From contig JAKLFP010000003.1 of the NCBI GenBank assembly GCA_022711115.1, positions 137,199 through 201,198 on the forward strand: a DNA stretch of 64,000 bases, read 5' to 3'. Position numbers and translations under genes: made by a program. Below, one piece after another: positions 1-11,055 of this stretch; within the stretch, counting starts at the first letter, position 1, and the number at the start of each line of letters is the position of its first letter. Under the pieces are notes generated by a model. That model was not told where the DNA came from. It saw nothing but the letters and a program-made list of their open reading frames with translations, and did not search any database. The stretch is from Candidatus Omnitrophota bacterium (lineage in GTDB: Bacteria; Omnitrophota; Omnitrophia; Omnitrophales; Aquincolibacteriaceae).

Positions 1-129
1 CTCAAAATGGCCGGTTCTGTTACATTTATTATTTTTATGGACGTAGACCTTGAGAATGAGAATGGCTTTGACAAGGTGGCCAAAAGACTAGGACTCTATA
101 TCTACCTATTCATGCCGACAGGGCATGCG

Positions 130-1416
130 CTAGGTAAATTTGAGGCATCTGATGGTCAGATAAGTGATCGTAAAGATCCCGGCCTCAATAAAAATGGTTG
201 CCGCGGCGGCTCCGACATACGAGAAGGAAGCGATCAGCATAAAAATCAACGGCAGGCCAATCATCGCCATCACGACGTGGATCCGGGAATAGATATGCGT
301 CTTGCCGCAAACCAGAAGGAACTGAACGCGAAACGCATTGGAACTGATAAAAAGCACGGAGATCAGCAGGAGCCTGAGAGACAGCACGGCTTCCGGATAA
401 TCCCCACCACAGACCCACTTGATGATTTTATGCGCAAAAACAAAGATCAGAGGCAAACAGATCAGAGAAATATTCACGGTGATCTGCTGTATCTTCCGCA
501 TAAAATCAAACGCCCTGGCCTGGCTGCGGTGGAAGATCTTGCTCAGCCGAGGAAAAAGCGCCTGGGAAAAGGACGCCAGCGGAAATGTCTGGCAAAAACC
601 CGCGACTTTTTCCGCCATGGAATAAAATCCCACCAGGGTATTGTTGGTGAGCAACCCGAGCGCAAAAACACGCGTTGTCGTGTAAGCGTTAATCGCGACG
701 TTGGAAATAAAAACGTCCCAACCGGCCGTCAGCTGCTGGCGCAAACTGGTATATCCCGGGAGCCGGAATGAGACTCCCAATTTCTTGAAAACAACATACT
801 GCGCCAGAATCCCCGTAATCATCAACACGGAAGAGCTGATCAGCGGGACCATCAAATAATCCTCAGGGCTTTTGACAAAAACAAAGATCAGGACGGCAAG
901 AACGATCCCGCCTACGATGTTCAGATCCGCAATATGCTTCATCTTTTCCGTCCCCTGAAAGAACCAGACGGGAAAAATCGTGTTCCCAAGAACCGTGCCA
1001 AAACTGAACACGTAGACCATCCAATCACTCCGGAACTTGGGAACGAAATAGATAACGCTGCCGAGCATCAGTAAACTCAGAAATGCAAGAGCCATTTTTG
1101 CGATCATGACGGAGGAAAAGATTTCGCTGACCTTGCGCGGCTGATCCTGGCAAAGGGAAATTTCCTTGGTAGCGGAAATGCTGAACCCGTAATCCGTCAG
1201 GATCATGAAGTATTGGACAAAAGCCTGGGCAAAAGCAATCAGCCCGAATTTCTCCGCTCCGATTTTTCTGAAAAGATAAGGCAGGATAATGATCGGTAAA
1301 ATGTAAGAGATCGCCTGCAGCACTGACAGCGACGCAAAATTACGGAGAACCACCCGTCGCTCCTGGCGCCCGGCCATTTTGTAAGTCCTTTTGATCAGTC
1401 TGATCGTGGAGTTCAT
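130..1416 (-). CDS. Polysaccharide/O-antigen flippase (Wzx/MOP superfamily, Polysacc_synt-like) multi-TM membrane protein
   Basis: 428-aa ORF that is highly hydrophobic with about 12 predicted TM helices. Its architecture is typical of Wzx/RfbX-type lipid-linked oligosaccharide exporters. The start may be the internal Met 13 codons downstream. Confidence 0.7.
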   Translation of the reverse strand: MNSTIRLIKRTYKMAGRQERRVVLRNFASLSVLQAISYILPIIILPYLFRKIGAEKFGLIAFAQAFVQYFMILTDYGFSISATKEISLCQDQPRKVSEIFSSVMIAKMALAFLSLLMLGSVIYFVPKFRSDWMVYVFSFGTVLGNTIFPVWFFQGTEKMKHIADLNIVGGIVLAVLIFVFVKSPEDYLMVPLISSSVLMITGILAQYVVFKKLGVSFRLPGYTSLRQQLTAGWDVFISNVAINAYTTTRVFALGLLTNNTLVGFYSMAEKVAGFCQTFPLASFSQALFPRLSKIFHRSQARAFDFMRKIQQITVNISLICLPLIFVFAHKIIKWVCGGDYPEAVLSLRLLLISVLFISSNAFRVQFLLVCGKTHIYSRIHVVMAMIGLPLIFMLIASFSYVGAAAATIFIEAGIFTITYLTIRCLKFT

Positions 1417-1507
1417 GTCATGTAATCTATCCTTTTCCGGGTTCTAAAACAAGCGATACAGTCACCCAAAAGAAAAAAATCACCTCGGCAGAAAATTTGG
1501 ATATTTT

Positions 1508-1536
1508 TTGAGCTTGTTTTCCTGTAATGCTATACT
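1508..1536 (+). promoter_or_regulatory. Putative sigma-70 promoter (TTGAGC-17bp-TATACT) upstream of the GH1 gene
   Basis: -35 TTGAGC at 1508-1513, a 17-bp spacer, then -10 TATACT at 1531-1536. This lies about 90 bp upstream of the 1625 start codon. Confidence 0.4.
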
Positions 1537-1624
1537 CTCATCATGATCCCGGTGAAAAACTTTAAAAGAAAATCCTGGCTGCGCCTGCTTTTCAATTTAA
1601 AAAAATAAAGAGGACCAAAAGGGT

Positions 1625-2842
1625 ATGATTAAATTTCCGGAAAATTTCCTCTGGGGAGCCGCGACAGCCGCCTATCAGGTCGAAGGGAATAACATTCATT
1701 CCGACTGGTGGCCCTGGGAAGAAAAGGCAGGCAAGGAAAGATCCGGCGCGGCTTGTGCCCACTATGAACTTTATGAACAGGATTTTGATCTTGCAAAAAG
1801 CCTGCACCATAATGCCCATCGTTTTTCTATTGAGTGGGCCCGCATCGAACCCGAGGAAGGAAAATTCTCCCAGGATGAATTAAACCATTATCTTCAGGTC
1901 CTCCTCGCTTTAAGAGCTCGCGGCATTGAACCCATCGTCACGCTCCATCACTTCACAAATCCTGTCTGGCTCAGTGAACCCGGCGGCTGGGAAAACAAAA
2001 AATCCGCGGCTTATTTTACGCGTTACTGCGATTTTGTGGTCCGCGGTCTTGCCAGGCACGTCCGCTACTGGATCACGATCAACGAACCTACGATCTATGT
2101 ATCGCACGCCTTTCTGTTCGGCGTCTGGCCTCCGCAGTCAAAATCCTTTTTGAGAATGCGGCGGGCCGAAAAAAATATGCTTGCGGCTCATATCCAGGCT
2201 TATCGCCTGATTCATAAAATTTATAAGGCATTACAAATCCCGAAGCCTTTCGTCAGCATTTCCCAGCACATGATGGCTCTTGTCCCCTGCTCTTTGGATT
2301 GGAAGAACCGCTTTGCCGCGTTTTTACGTCAAAAATTGTTCAATGAAAGTTACCTGGATACTTTCGCCCGGCACAAAACCCTGGATTTCATTGGAGTGAA
2401 TTATTATTCGCGGCAATTGGTGGACCTTAAAAAATGGGGCTTGCGGAACCTCGTAGCGGATGTTTGCGAAAGCAACCACCATCCGGCCCCTCAAAACGCT
2501 CTTGGTTGGGCCATCTATCCGGAAGGATTGTATCAAGTGCTTGTAAAGCTCAAGAAATACCATCTCCCTGTCATGATCACCGAAAACGGTATTTGCACCT
2601 CCGACGACGCCCAGCGCTGGCAATTCTTGAAGGACCACTTGAAAAATATTCATCGGGCCATAGGCGAAGGCATTCCGGTCACGGGATATCTTTACTGGTC
2701 GCTGCTGGATAATTTTGAGTGGGACAAAGGTTTCGGCCCGAGGTTCGGTCTGATTGACATCGATTACCAGACGCAAAAAAGAACGGTCCGCGAGAGTGCA
2801 AAAAAATTTGGCCGGATCTGCGAGACCCACACCTTAGAATAA
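1625..2842 (+). CDS. Glycoside hydrolase family 1 beta-glucosidase
   Basis: N-terminal GH1 signature FLWGAATAAYQVEG. Catalytic acid/base motif TINEP and nucleophile motif ITENG are present. Length 405 aa. Confidence 0.9.
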   Translation: MIKFPENFLWGAATAAYQVEGNNIHSDWWPWEEKAGKERSGAACAHYELYEQDFDLAKSLHHNAHRFSIEWARIEPEEGKFSQDELNHYLQVLLALRARGIEPIVTLHHFTNPVWLSEPGGWENKKSAAYFTRYCDFVVRGLARHVRYWITINEPTIYVSHAFLFGVWPPQSKSFLRMRRAEKNMLAAHIQAYRLIHKIYKALQIPKPFVSISQHMMALVPCSLDWKNRFAAFLRQKLFNESYLDTFARHKTLDFIGVNYYSRQLVDLKKWGLRNLVADVCESNHHPAPQNALGWAIYPEGLYQVLVKLKKYHLPVMITENGICTSDDAQRWQFLKDHLKNIHRAIGEGIPVTGYLYWSLLDNFEWDKGFGPRFGLIDIDYQTQKRTVRESAKKFGRICETHTLE

Positions 2843-2860
2843 ACCCTACAGGAAAAACAT

Positions 2861-4909
2861 CTAACCGGATCTCTTCTTCCCTCTCGCCATAATGCCCTTT
2901 GAAACCGGAAGAATGCTTTCTTTGATTCCCTGCTCGCTTTCGATGCGGCGGATTTCATCACGATAGCGGGCCGCTTTATCAAACTCAAGGGCATGGGCCG
3001 CGGTCTCCATACGCTGTTTAAGAAAGGCTAAATAGTTTTTGGCCTGGTACTTCTCGTTGGATTCATGGACCACGTCATGAACAAATTCTTCCGCCTTTTT
3101 CCACTTCTCAATCCCCTCTTTGATTTCTTTAATAATAGAGGCGGGTATGATGTTGTTGGCGCGATTATAATCTTCCTGGATCTTGCGCCGGCGGGCGGTT
3201 TCATCAATCGCGTATTTCATGGAATCCGTAACCTTGTCGGCGTACATAATAACCTTGCCATGGATATGGCGCGCCGCGCGTCCCGCAATCTGGATAAGCG
3301 AGACTTCACTGCGTAGGAATCCTTCTTTGTCAGCATCAAGCACCATCACAAGCGAAACCTCCGGAAGGTCCAACCCCTCGCGCAACAGATTCACCCCGAT
3401 CACACAGTCATATTTTTTAAGACGAAGATCCCGCAGGATCTCCACTCGCTCGAACGCGTCAAATTCGGAATGGATGTAATTCACTTTCATGCCAAGCTCT
3501 TTCAGGTAACGGCTAAGATCTTCCGCCATTTTCTTGGTCAGAGTGGTCACCAGAGTGCGTTCATTTTTTTTAGCGCGTTTCTTGATCTCCGCGATCAGAT
3601 CATCGATCTGCCCTTCGGTTTTTCGGACTTCAATCTCTGGATCAATCAGGCCGGTCGGCCGGATCACCTGTTCAACAACTTCCTTCACACGACCCATCTC
3701 ATAGGGCCCCGGTGTGGCGGACACATAAAGACATTGTTTGAGTTTTCTTTCAAACTCTGGAAATTGTAAAGGCCGGTTATCCAGCGCCGATGGCAGGCGA
3801 AATCCATGTTCGACAAGAACTTTCTTTCTCGAGCTATCTCCGTTAAACATGCCGCGGATCTGCGGCATACTCTGGTGGGACTCGTCGATAATCATCAGGA
3901 AATCATCCGGGAAATAGTCCAGGAGTGTGTAAGGCGTGGACCCCGGCGCACGGCCGGCCAGATGACGGGAATAATTCTCAACGCCCGAGCAGTACCCGAC
4001 CTCTTTGAGCATTTCCAGATCATAAAGCGTCCGGGATTCGAGCCTTTTGGCTTCCAGGTCTTTTCCCTCCTTGATGAATTGGGCCACCTGCGCTTTTAAT
4101 TCCTGTTCGATGCCGAGGATCGCGCTTTCCATCCGGTCGCTCGGCGTCACAAAATGTTTGGCCGGATAAATGGCAAGCTTGTCGATCTCTCTGAGCGGTT
4201 TCAGTTTAATCGCTTCCAGCAGAAAAATCCGCTCGATCGTTTCCGAACCAAATTCGATGCGATGCGGATTTTCGCCGTAAGACGGAAAAAGGTCGATGCG
4301 GCCGCCGCGAACCCGAAAGGTCCCGCGCCGGAGTTCTGTTTCCACCCTTTCATACTGAAGAGAGATCAGACCGGACAAGAACTTGTCCCTGTCCGAAGGT
4401 TCCCCTTTCGTAATGCTGATGAGAAGTCCCTGCCAATCCTCCGGCGCTCCAAGGCCGTAAATACACGAAACACTCGAAACAATGATGCAATCTTTTCTGG
4501 AAAGGATGGAACTTGTGGCGGAAAGGCGAAGGCGATCGAGGTCTTCGTTGATGGAGGCATCTTTTTCGATATAAGTATCCGAGTGCGGGATATAAGCTTC
4601 GGGCTGGTAATAATCGTAATAGGAAACAAAATATTCCACCGCATTTTCAGGAAAGAATTCTTTGAGCTCTGAATAAAGCTGCGCCGCAAGGGTTTTGTTA
4701 TGCGAAATCACAAGCGTGGGTTTGCCGAGTTGCTCGATCACATGCGCCATGGTAAAGGTCTTGCCGGAGCCCGTCACGCCCATCAGCACCTGTTCTTTTT
4801 TGCCGGCTTGAAACCCTGCCACAAGTTTTGCGATAGCCTCGGGCTGGTCCCCTTTAGCCTTCATCGCAGAAACCAGCTTGAAAGAATCCATCATTTCCTT
4901 ACTTTTCAT
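2861..4909 (-). CDS. uvrB: Excinuclease ABC subunit B
   Basis: Walker A GVTGSGKT and helicase motifs are present. VSYYDYYQPEAY is characteristic of UvrB. C-terminal UVR domain (ARYRDEIRRIE). 682 aa. Confidence 0.95.
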   Translation of the reverse strand: MKSKEMMDSFKLVSAMKAKGDQPEAIAKLVAGFQAGKKEQVLMGVTGSGKTFTMAHVIEQLGKPTLVISHNKTLAAQLYSELKEFFPENAVEYFVSYYDYYQPEAYIPHSDTYIEKDASINEDLDRLRLSATSSILSRKDCIIVSSVSCIYGLGAPEDWQGLLISITKGEPSDRDKFLSGLISLQYERVETELRRGTFRVRGGRIDLFPSYGENPHRIEFGSETIERIFLLEAIKLKPLREIDKLAIYPAKHFVTPSDRMESAILGIEQELKAQVAQFIKEGKDLEAKRLESRTLYDLEMLKEVGYCSGVENYSRHLAGRAPGSTPYTLLDYFPDDFLMIIDESHQSMPQIRGMFNGDSSRKKVLVEHGFRLPSALDNRPLQFPEFERKLKQCLYVSATPGPYEMGRVKEVVEQVIRPTGLIDPEIEVRKTEGQIDDLIAEIKKRAKKNERTLVTTLTKKMAEDLSRYLKELGMKVNYIHSEFDAFERVEILRDLRLKKYDCVIGVNLLREGLDLPEVSLVMVLDADKEGFLRSEVSLIQIAGRAARHIHGKVIMYADKVTDSMKYAIDETARRRKIQEDYNRANNIIPASIIKEIKEGIEKWKKAEEFVHDVVHESNEKYQAKNYLAFLKQRMETAAHALEFDKAARYRDEIRRIESEQGIKESILPVSKGIMARGKKRSG

Positions 4910-4966
4910 CGTTTATGCAACGGCATAAAAATATCAGAAGCCATCGGTCTTGGACAAACATCCCGG

Positions 4967-6151
4967 TTATTCCGCCAGTTTGATTTCGCCGCGCTTGGTG
5001 CGTTTCACCTCAAGGAGAGCGTTATCGGCCAACTCGACAAGTTTCTTTTCATCCATCCCTTTATCCGGATCAAACCGGGCGGCTCCGAAACTCGCTGAAA
5101 GCGTCACTTTCTGTTCCCCACAATAAAACTCCAGGTCCTGGATGGCTTTGCTGACCATTTGCACGCGCGCAAAAAATTCCTCTTTGGTGGCCTTATCGAT
5201 GATCAACATGAATTCATCGCCTCCGTAACGCCCGATATAACTGTTCAAACGCATCATGTTGCGAACCACTTTCGCGATGGTTGAAATCACCTGATCCCCG
5301 AAGACATGTCCGTAGGTATCATTGATCAGTTTAAAATTATCGATATCAAAAATAATCAGATAAAAATAACTTACGGAAAGCTGACAGGCCTTGATCTTCT
5401 CAGCCAGGATTTCAAAAAAATACCGCCGGTTGTAGACCTTCGTCAAATCATCGACCTTCGCCTTCTCCTCGGATATCCCATACAGAATCTCCAGTTTCCG
5501 TTCGTTCTCCTTGAGCTCTTCGTTGCGAATAAACGCCTTAAAGTGCTGGTCTTGATAAAATTTTGTCATCATCACCACTAAAAGAGTCGTTGAAGCGATA
5601 AAGTATAGCGCCGTATAAAACCTCATCATATTCCACCCGGTTTCATTGTTGCGGACCCCCAGGATGTAAAGAAGGATGACGGCAAGACAGGTAAAAAAGC
5701 TGTGTTCCGTATAGAAAGAATTGACGATCAACATCGCCGTCAGCGTAAGGGTGATCCCCGCAAAGTAACCGCTCGAAGCGCCATCTGTTTTATAGATCAT
5801 AAAAATGAGCGCCGCGGACAACAGAATGATAGAAAAATCCGCGCTCCAGACACAAAATTTTTTCCAACGTTGAACAAAGGCAGGGATACAAGCTATCAGA
5901 GCGAGCGCAGAATCAATGAGTCTTATTTTCAGGAAAAAAAAAGCTTGTTGCGGGTAAAAGTGAAAATCAAACCAGATGAAAGTCAGGTGCAGGATAATCC
6001 CGACCGGCGCCATGACCAAAATACGATGAGCTATGGTTTGATCGACGGTCTCTCGGTACTTGAGAAGAAGATCCTGCTTGATCGGCTCCTGGGATTTGAA
6101 AAATGTTTTGCTGCCCTTAAAAATCGGATCGCTTCTTATGTCTTTTACCAT
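4967..6151 (-). CDS. Membrane-anchored GGDEF diguanylate cyclase (paralog 1)
   Basis: N-terminal region of roughly 200 aa is multi-TM. C-terminal GGDEF domain has an intact RYGGDEF active site and an I-site-like RxxD upstream. Confidence 0.85.
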   Translation of the reverse strand: MVKDIRSDPIFKGSKTFFKSQEPIKQDLLLKYRETVDQTIAHRILVMAPVGIILHLTFIWFDFHFYPQQAFFFLKIRLIDSALALIACIPAFVQRWKKFCVWSADFSIILLSAALIFMIYKTDGASSGYFAGITLTLTAMLIVNSFYTEHSFFTCLAVILLYILGVRNNETGWNMMRFYTALYFIASTTLLVVMMTKFYQDQHFKAFIRNEELKENERKLEILYGISEEKAKVDDLTKVYNRRYFFEILAEKIKACQLSVSYFYLIIFDIDNFKLINDTYGHVFGDQVISTIAKVVRNMMRLNSYIGRYGGDEFMLIIDKATKEEFFARVQMVSKAIQDLEFYCGEQKVTLSASFGAARFDPDKGMDEKKLVELADNALLEVKRTKRGEIKLAE

Positions 6152-6204
6152 TGCGTTATTGGTTCCTGTCTAAAAGTCACATCGCACGTTTGACTTCCCA
6201 TAGA

Positions 6205-7497
6205 TTAATTTATAAGTTTGATCTCGCCGCGCTTGGTACGTTTCACCTCAAGGAGAGCGTTATCGGCCAGCTCGATAAGCTTCTTTTCATCCATACCCTT
6301 GTCCGGATCAAACCGGGCGGCTCCGAAACTTGCTGAAAGCGTCACTTTCTTCTCGTTGCAATAGAACTCGAGATTCTGGATGGCCCGGCTGATGATTTGC
6401 ACACGCGCAAAAAATTCCTCCTTAGTGGCCTTGTCAATGATGAGCATGAATTCATCGCCTCCGTAACGGCCGATGTAGCTGTTCGAACGCATCGTATTGC
6501 GAAGAACCTTGGCCACCGCGGCAATGACCTGGTCTCCAAAAACATGCCCGTGTGTATCATTGATCGGTTTGAAGTTATCAATGTCAAAAATAATCAGATA
6601 AAAAAAAGTGCCGGCCGTTTTGGCTGTTTTGATCTTCTCCTCCAGGATCTCAAAAAAATACCGCCGGTTATAGATCTTCGTCAGGTCATCGACCTTTGCT
6701 TTCTCCTGGGCGATCCCGTAAAGAACCTCGAGTTTCCGTTCGTTCTCCTTGAGCTCTTCATTGTGAAGAAACGCTTTGAAATGTTGAATGCTATAAAACC
6801 GCGTCAAAAGGACAACAAAGAATGTGGTGGAGATCATGAAACAAAAAGCTGAAAAGAAATTGACTAAATCTTGCGCCGCAGTACTGGCAAGTGCGGCTAT
6901 GAAATAAGTAACCATCACGATCAAACACACCACCAAACAATGCCAGAAATAAAACCCATTGACGACCGCCATCCCGACCAAGGTCAAGCTGATGCCTCCG
7001 TGATAATCACTTGCTGTTCCATTTGTCAAATATATCATCAGGCTTATCACTGTCGTGATGATAATGGCCACAAGATCAATGGACCAGATACTGTATTTGT
7101 ATGTCGTTTTAAAAAAGCATGGGGCGCATAAAACCAAGCTTAATATGCCTGCGGTTAAACGCATTTTAAGAAACAGGCCGGCTTGATCAGGATAAACAGC
7201 TCTATCAAGAAAATGGAAGGCCAGATGCATGATCGTACCGACAAAGACCATGATCCGCGTCCTAAAAGCCACCGTTTGGTCAACAAGCTCCTTGTACTGG
7301 GAAAGCATCTCAGAAGGGAACCCTGGAACCCCCGCAGCTGTTTCTTTTTCTTCCTTTTTCCTTCCGAAAATCGGATTTTGCCTCAGGTCTTTTATCATAG
7401 GTAAAGCATCGGCATCCAAAAGAATTCCCCTAAATAGATTTGGCAAGATAAATGACGCAGCCTTAATCAACCAGCAGTGAAAAATCGACCGCTTCAA
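6205..7497 (-). CDS. Membrane-anchored GGDEF diguanylate cyclase (paralog 2, tandem duplicate)
   Basis: Same architecture as paralog 1. The C-terminal ~190 aa are about 85% identical to 4967-6151 and the 3' ~140 nt of DNA are nearly identical. The N-terminal sensor domain has diverged. Confidence 0.85.
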   Translation of the reverse strand: MKRSIFHCWLIKAASFILPNLFRGILLDADALPMIKDLRQNPIFGRKKEEKETAAGVPGFPSEMLSQYKELVDQTVAFRTRIMVFVGTIMHLAFHFLDRAVYPDQAGLFLKMRLTAGILSLVLCAPCFFKTTYKYSIWSIDLVAIIITTVISLMIYLTNGTASDYHGGISLTLVGMAVVNGFYFWHCLVVCLIVMVTYFIAALASTAAQDLVNFFSAFCFMISTTFFVVLLTRFYSIQHFKAFLHNEELKENERKLEVLYGIAQEKAKVDDLTKIYNRRYFFEILEEKIKTAKTAGTFFYLIIFDIDNFKPINDTHGHVFGDQVIAAVAKVLRNTMRSNSYIGRYGGDEFMLIIDKATKEEFFARVQIISRAIQNLEFYCNEKKVTLSASFGAARFDPDKGMDEKKLIELADNALLEVKRTKRGEIKLIN

Positions 7498-8275
7498 CGG
7501 AGTGCGTCAATGAGCCGACGGAAATGGTGTCCACACCGGCTGCGGCAAATTTCCGGACATTTCCCAGAGTAATGCCGCCGGAGGCTTCGAGAACGATCCC
7601 GGGCGCTGCCTTGCGGACAATTTCAGCAGCTCTTCTGGCTTCTTTAGGCGTGAAATTGTCCAAAAGGATGACCTGAGCTTTCAGCTGGATCGCCTCCCAT
7701 AGCTCCCCGAGGCTCCGTACTTCGATCTCAAAGTTCCCGGGATGTCTCCGAAGCTTCGCTAGATCCCCGTGAATTCTATGATTCTCTTTAACAAAGAGAA
7801 ATTCATCTAACCCCTGCCGGTGGTTTCTGCCGCCGCCCACCTGTACAGCAACTTTTTCCAGTTCCCGCCAGAGCGGGGTGGTTTTCCGTGTGTCCAGGAT
7901 GCATACGGGATATTTTTTTACTTTATCGACGAACAGACGTGTTTTCGTCGCAATCCCCGAAAGATGCCCGATAAAATTCACCATGGTGCGTTCCGCTTTT
8001 AAAATGGATCGTATATTCCCGTGCATTTTAAAAACAACCTTGTTCCGACGCAGTTTCCCACCGTTATGCACCCGAAATTCCAACTTGACCTTGGGATCCA
8101 CGATCTTAAAAATCTCCATCACGAGCCGTTCCCCGCAGAAAATCCCCTTTTCCTTGGCAATAACCCGGGCCGAACCTCTGGCATGCGGCGGCACAAGGAG
8201 ATTGGAGGTGATATCCCCAAGGCCCGTATCTTCTTTGAGTGCTTCCCTTAAAAAACTGAGCGTGCGTCTGGACAC
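7463..8275 (-). CDS. nadC: Nicotinate-nucleotide pyrophosphorylase (quinolinate phosphoribosyltransferase)
   Basis: Conserved N-terminal LKEDTGLGDITS motif and C-terminal GGITLGNVRKFAAAGVDTISVGSLTHS motif. The ORF track gives 7463..8374, but that start overlaps the valS stop by 52 nt. A GTG at 8275 (VSRRTLSFLREALKED...) gives the canonical N-terminal length. Confidence 0.8.
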   Translation of the reverse strand: MSRRTLSFLREALKEDTGLGDITSNLLVPPHARGSARVIAKEKGIFCGERLVMEIFKIVDPKVKLEFRVHNGGKLRRNKVVFKMHGNIRSILKAERTMVNFIGHLSGIATKTRLFVDKVKKYPVCILDTRKTTPLWRELEKVAVQVGGGRNHRQGLDEFLFVKENHRIHGDLAKLRRHPGNFEIEVRSLGELWEAIQLKAQVILLDNFTPKEARRAAEIVRKAAPGIVLEASGGITLGNVRKFAAAGVDTISVGSLTHSVEAVDFSLLVD

Positions 8276-8321
8276 AGGCAAGGGATGTCCATAAAAACCG
8301 TGCTCCTGTAAAATGGCTTTC

Positions 8322-11040
8322 TTACCCGATACTCGCGAGCTGATTCTGGTAGGATATAAGAAGGTTTTTCGCATCAGTCAGTTTTTCTTTCTCCTTTTCA
8401 AGGATTTCTTTAGGTGCTTTTTCCGCAAAAGACGGATTCTCAACTTTCTTGAGGATATTTTCTATCCATTGTTCGGTTTCCTTGATCTTTTTCTGTAGTC
8501 TTTTCTTTTCTTCCTCAAGATCGAGGATCCCTTCCAGAGAAATAAATACATCGAATGCCGTAAAGACATTGCCGACCATGGCCCCTTTTTTTTGGAATTC
8601 CTGAACACATCGCAACTCTTCGAGGCGGGCAAGCACCTTGACCTCCCGTTCAAAAGTCTTGAGAATTTCCTGCGTTTCCTTTTCCTTACAGACCACAACA
8701 GCTTTTAATTTATCGGAAGGGGCAATCTGGAACCTGGCGCGAAGATCGCGGATTCCGCTCACTGCTTCCTGAAGCATGCCAATGGCCTGTTGTGCCCTCC
8801 GGTCTTCGAATCTTCCGCGAGCTTCAACCGGCCACGGGGCCAGCATTAAGGTGTCCGCCCATTGGCTCGAATCCTGCGCCTTGTTTTTAAATTGCTGCCA
8901 AATCGTTTCCGTCACAAAGGGCATGAAAGGATGCAGCAATCTCAGGATCTTTTCACAGACAAAGAAAAGGGCCTTTTGCGTTTGGAGTTTCAAAGCCGCA
9001 TCCTGCGACAGGATCATCGGCTTGGCAAGTTCGATATACCAATCGCAAAAATCATCCCATACAAAATGATAAAGTTCGATCGCGGCTTGGCTGATTTCGA
9101 ACTGAGAAAGATGCTTTTCAATCTGCGCGGCTTTTTCCTCAAATCGGGATAAAATCCAACGGCTTGGAAGCGACAGTTCTAGTCCCTCGAATTGCTTCGA
9201 GTCTGTCGAAGCAAAAGCCAGGTCCTGGAGCTGCATCAACACAAAACGGCAGGCATTCCAGACCTTATTGGTAAAATTGCGGCCCACTTCGAATTTCTCC
9301 CTGGAAAGATACACATCCTGCGCGGAAAGCATGACCAAACTGTAGCGGAGCGGATCCGCCCCCATCTCTTCAATCACTTCCAACGGATCGATGACATTGC
9401 CGAGCGATTTTGACATTTTAAGACCGCTTTGAGCGCGAACGGTTCCATGAATATAAACACGGTTAAACGGCACTTCGCCTCTAAATTCCAAACCGGCCAT
9501 GATCATGCGCGCCACCCAGAAGAAAATGATTTCCGGCGCTGTAATTAAATCCGAGGTTGGATAAAATTTTTCAAGATCCTTGGTTTTTTCCGGCCAGCCC
9601 AGGGTCGAAAAAGGCCAAAGCCATGAAGAAAACCACGTGTCCAGCACATCGGGATCTTGTTGGATATTTTTGGATTTGCAATGAGGACAGTTTTCCGGCG
9701 TTGTCCGAGACACAATCACGTCTTCTTTTCCGGCAGTTTGACACGACCTGCAATACCAAGCCGGAATCTGATGCCCCCACCAGATCTGGCGGGAAATGCA
9801 CCAATCACGGATGCCGCGAAGCCAGTTGAGATAAACTTTGGTCCAACGATCCGGATAAAAAACTGTTTTTCCCTGATCGTAAGCCTTGAGCGCTTTTTCC
9901 GCCAGGGGCTGCATTTTCACGAACCACTGTTTGGACAGATACGGCTCCACCACGGTATCGCAACGGTAGCAATGCCCGACCGCATGAAGGTGTGAATCAC
10001 GGCGCACAAAAAGTCCTTGCGCTTCAAGATCCTGAAGAACTCTTTTCCGTGCTTCAAACCGGTCCATGCCCTTATAAGCACCGCCTTTCTCATTGATCTT
10101 TCCGTCCGGCGTCAGGATATTCACCTGTTCGAGTTTGTGGCGGTGCCCCATCGCAAAATCGTTCGGATCATGCGCGGGCGTTACTTTCACAATGCCGGTC
10201 CCGAATTCGGGGTCTACAAATTCATCCGCAATGACCGGAATCTCACGGTTGACAAGCGGCAGAAGAATTTTCTTTCCAATCAAATGCTTGTAACGGGAAT
10301 CGTTCGGATGCACCGCTACGGCCGTATCTCCGAGCATGGTCTCGGGCCGTGTTGTCGCGACAACCATGTGGTCCTCGCCCATTTTTTCATACGGAGGGTT
10401 TTTGCCGATCATCGGGTATTTGATGTGGTAGAGTCCGCCCTGCACATCTTTATGAGCGGCTTCTTCGTCCGAAAGCGCGGTCTGGCATCGCGGGCACCAA
10501 TTAATGATGTAATGGCCGCGATAAATCAACCCGCGCTCGTAAAGCGTGACAAAGGCCTCGCGGACGGCCTTGGAACAACCTTCATCCATCGTAAACCGTT
10601 CACGCGTCCAATCACAAGAAGCGCCGAGCCGGCGAAGCTGGCGCGTGATGGTATTGCCATGTTCATGCTTCCATTTCCAAACTTCTTCAAGGAATTTTTC
10701 ACGGCCGAGATCCCAACGTGTTTTCTTTTCCTTGGCGAGTTTTTTCTCAACGACGTTCTGCGTTGCGATCCCCGCGTGATCGACGCCAGGCACCCAAAGC
10801 GTGTCCCGGCCCTTCATGCGGTTCCAGCGCACAAGAATATCCTGCATCGAATTGTTCAGCGCGTGGCCCATGTGGAGGATACCCGTCACGTTCGGCGGAG
10901 GGATCACGATAACATAAGGCTTGCCGCTGGCGGGTTTACCGTGGTCACTCCGCGGCCGGAAAGTGCCCTTGGTTTCCCACTCCTGATAGAGACGTTTTTC
11001 GGCATCCTTTAAATTGTACCGCGAAGACAATTCACTCATA
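8322..11040 (-). CDS. valS: Valine--tRNA ligase
   Basis: HIGH motif (PPPNVTGILHMGHAL), KMSKS motif and a C-terminal coiled coil are present. The true start is the internal ATG giving MSELSSRYNLKD, which is the typical ValS N-terminus. The long ORF extends 39 codons upstream into the preceding gene. Confidence 0.95.
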
Positions 11041-11055
11041 ATTTGACTAATCCTT

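Noticed and set aside
7-771. 254-aa plus-strand ORF at the window start
   Set aside because: It lies entirely antisense to the well-supported multi-TM flippase gene (130-1416, minus strand). The protein is low-complexity and charge-rich, with no recognisable domain. It is a typical antisense shadow ORF.
4910-4966. Searched for an SOS (LexA) box upstream of uvrB
   Set aside because: There is no CTGT-N8-ACAG or GAAC-N4-GTTC-like motif in the 57-bp upstream region. Only a short 6-bp-stem hairpin TTATGC-AACG-GCATAA was seen, which more likely terminates the upstream GGDEF gene.
10017-11012. 331-aa plus-strand ORF
   Set aside because: It is antisense to valS, whose HIGH and KMSKS motifs are unambiguous on the minus strand. 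There are no domains. Shadow ORF.
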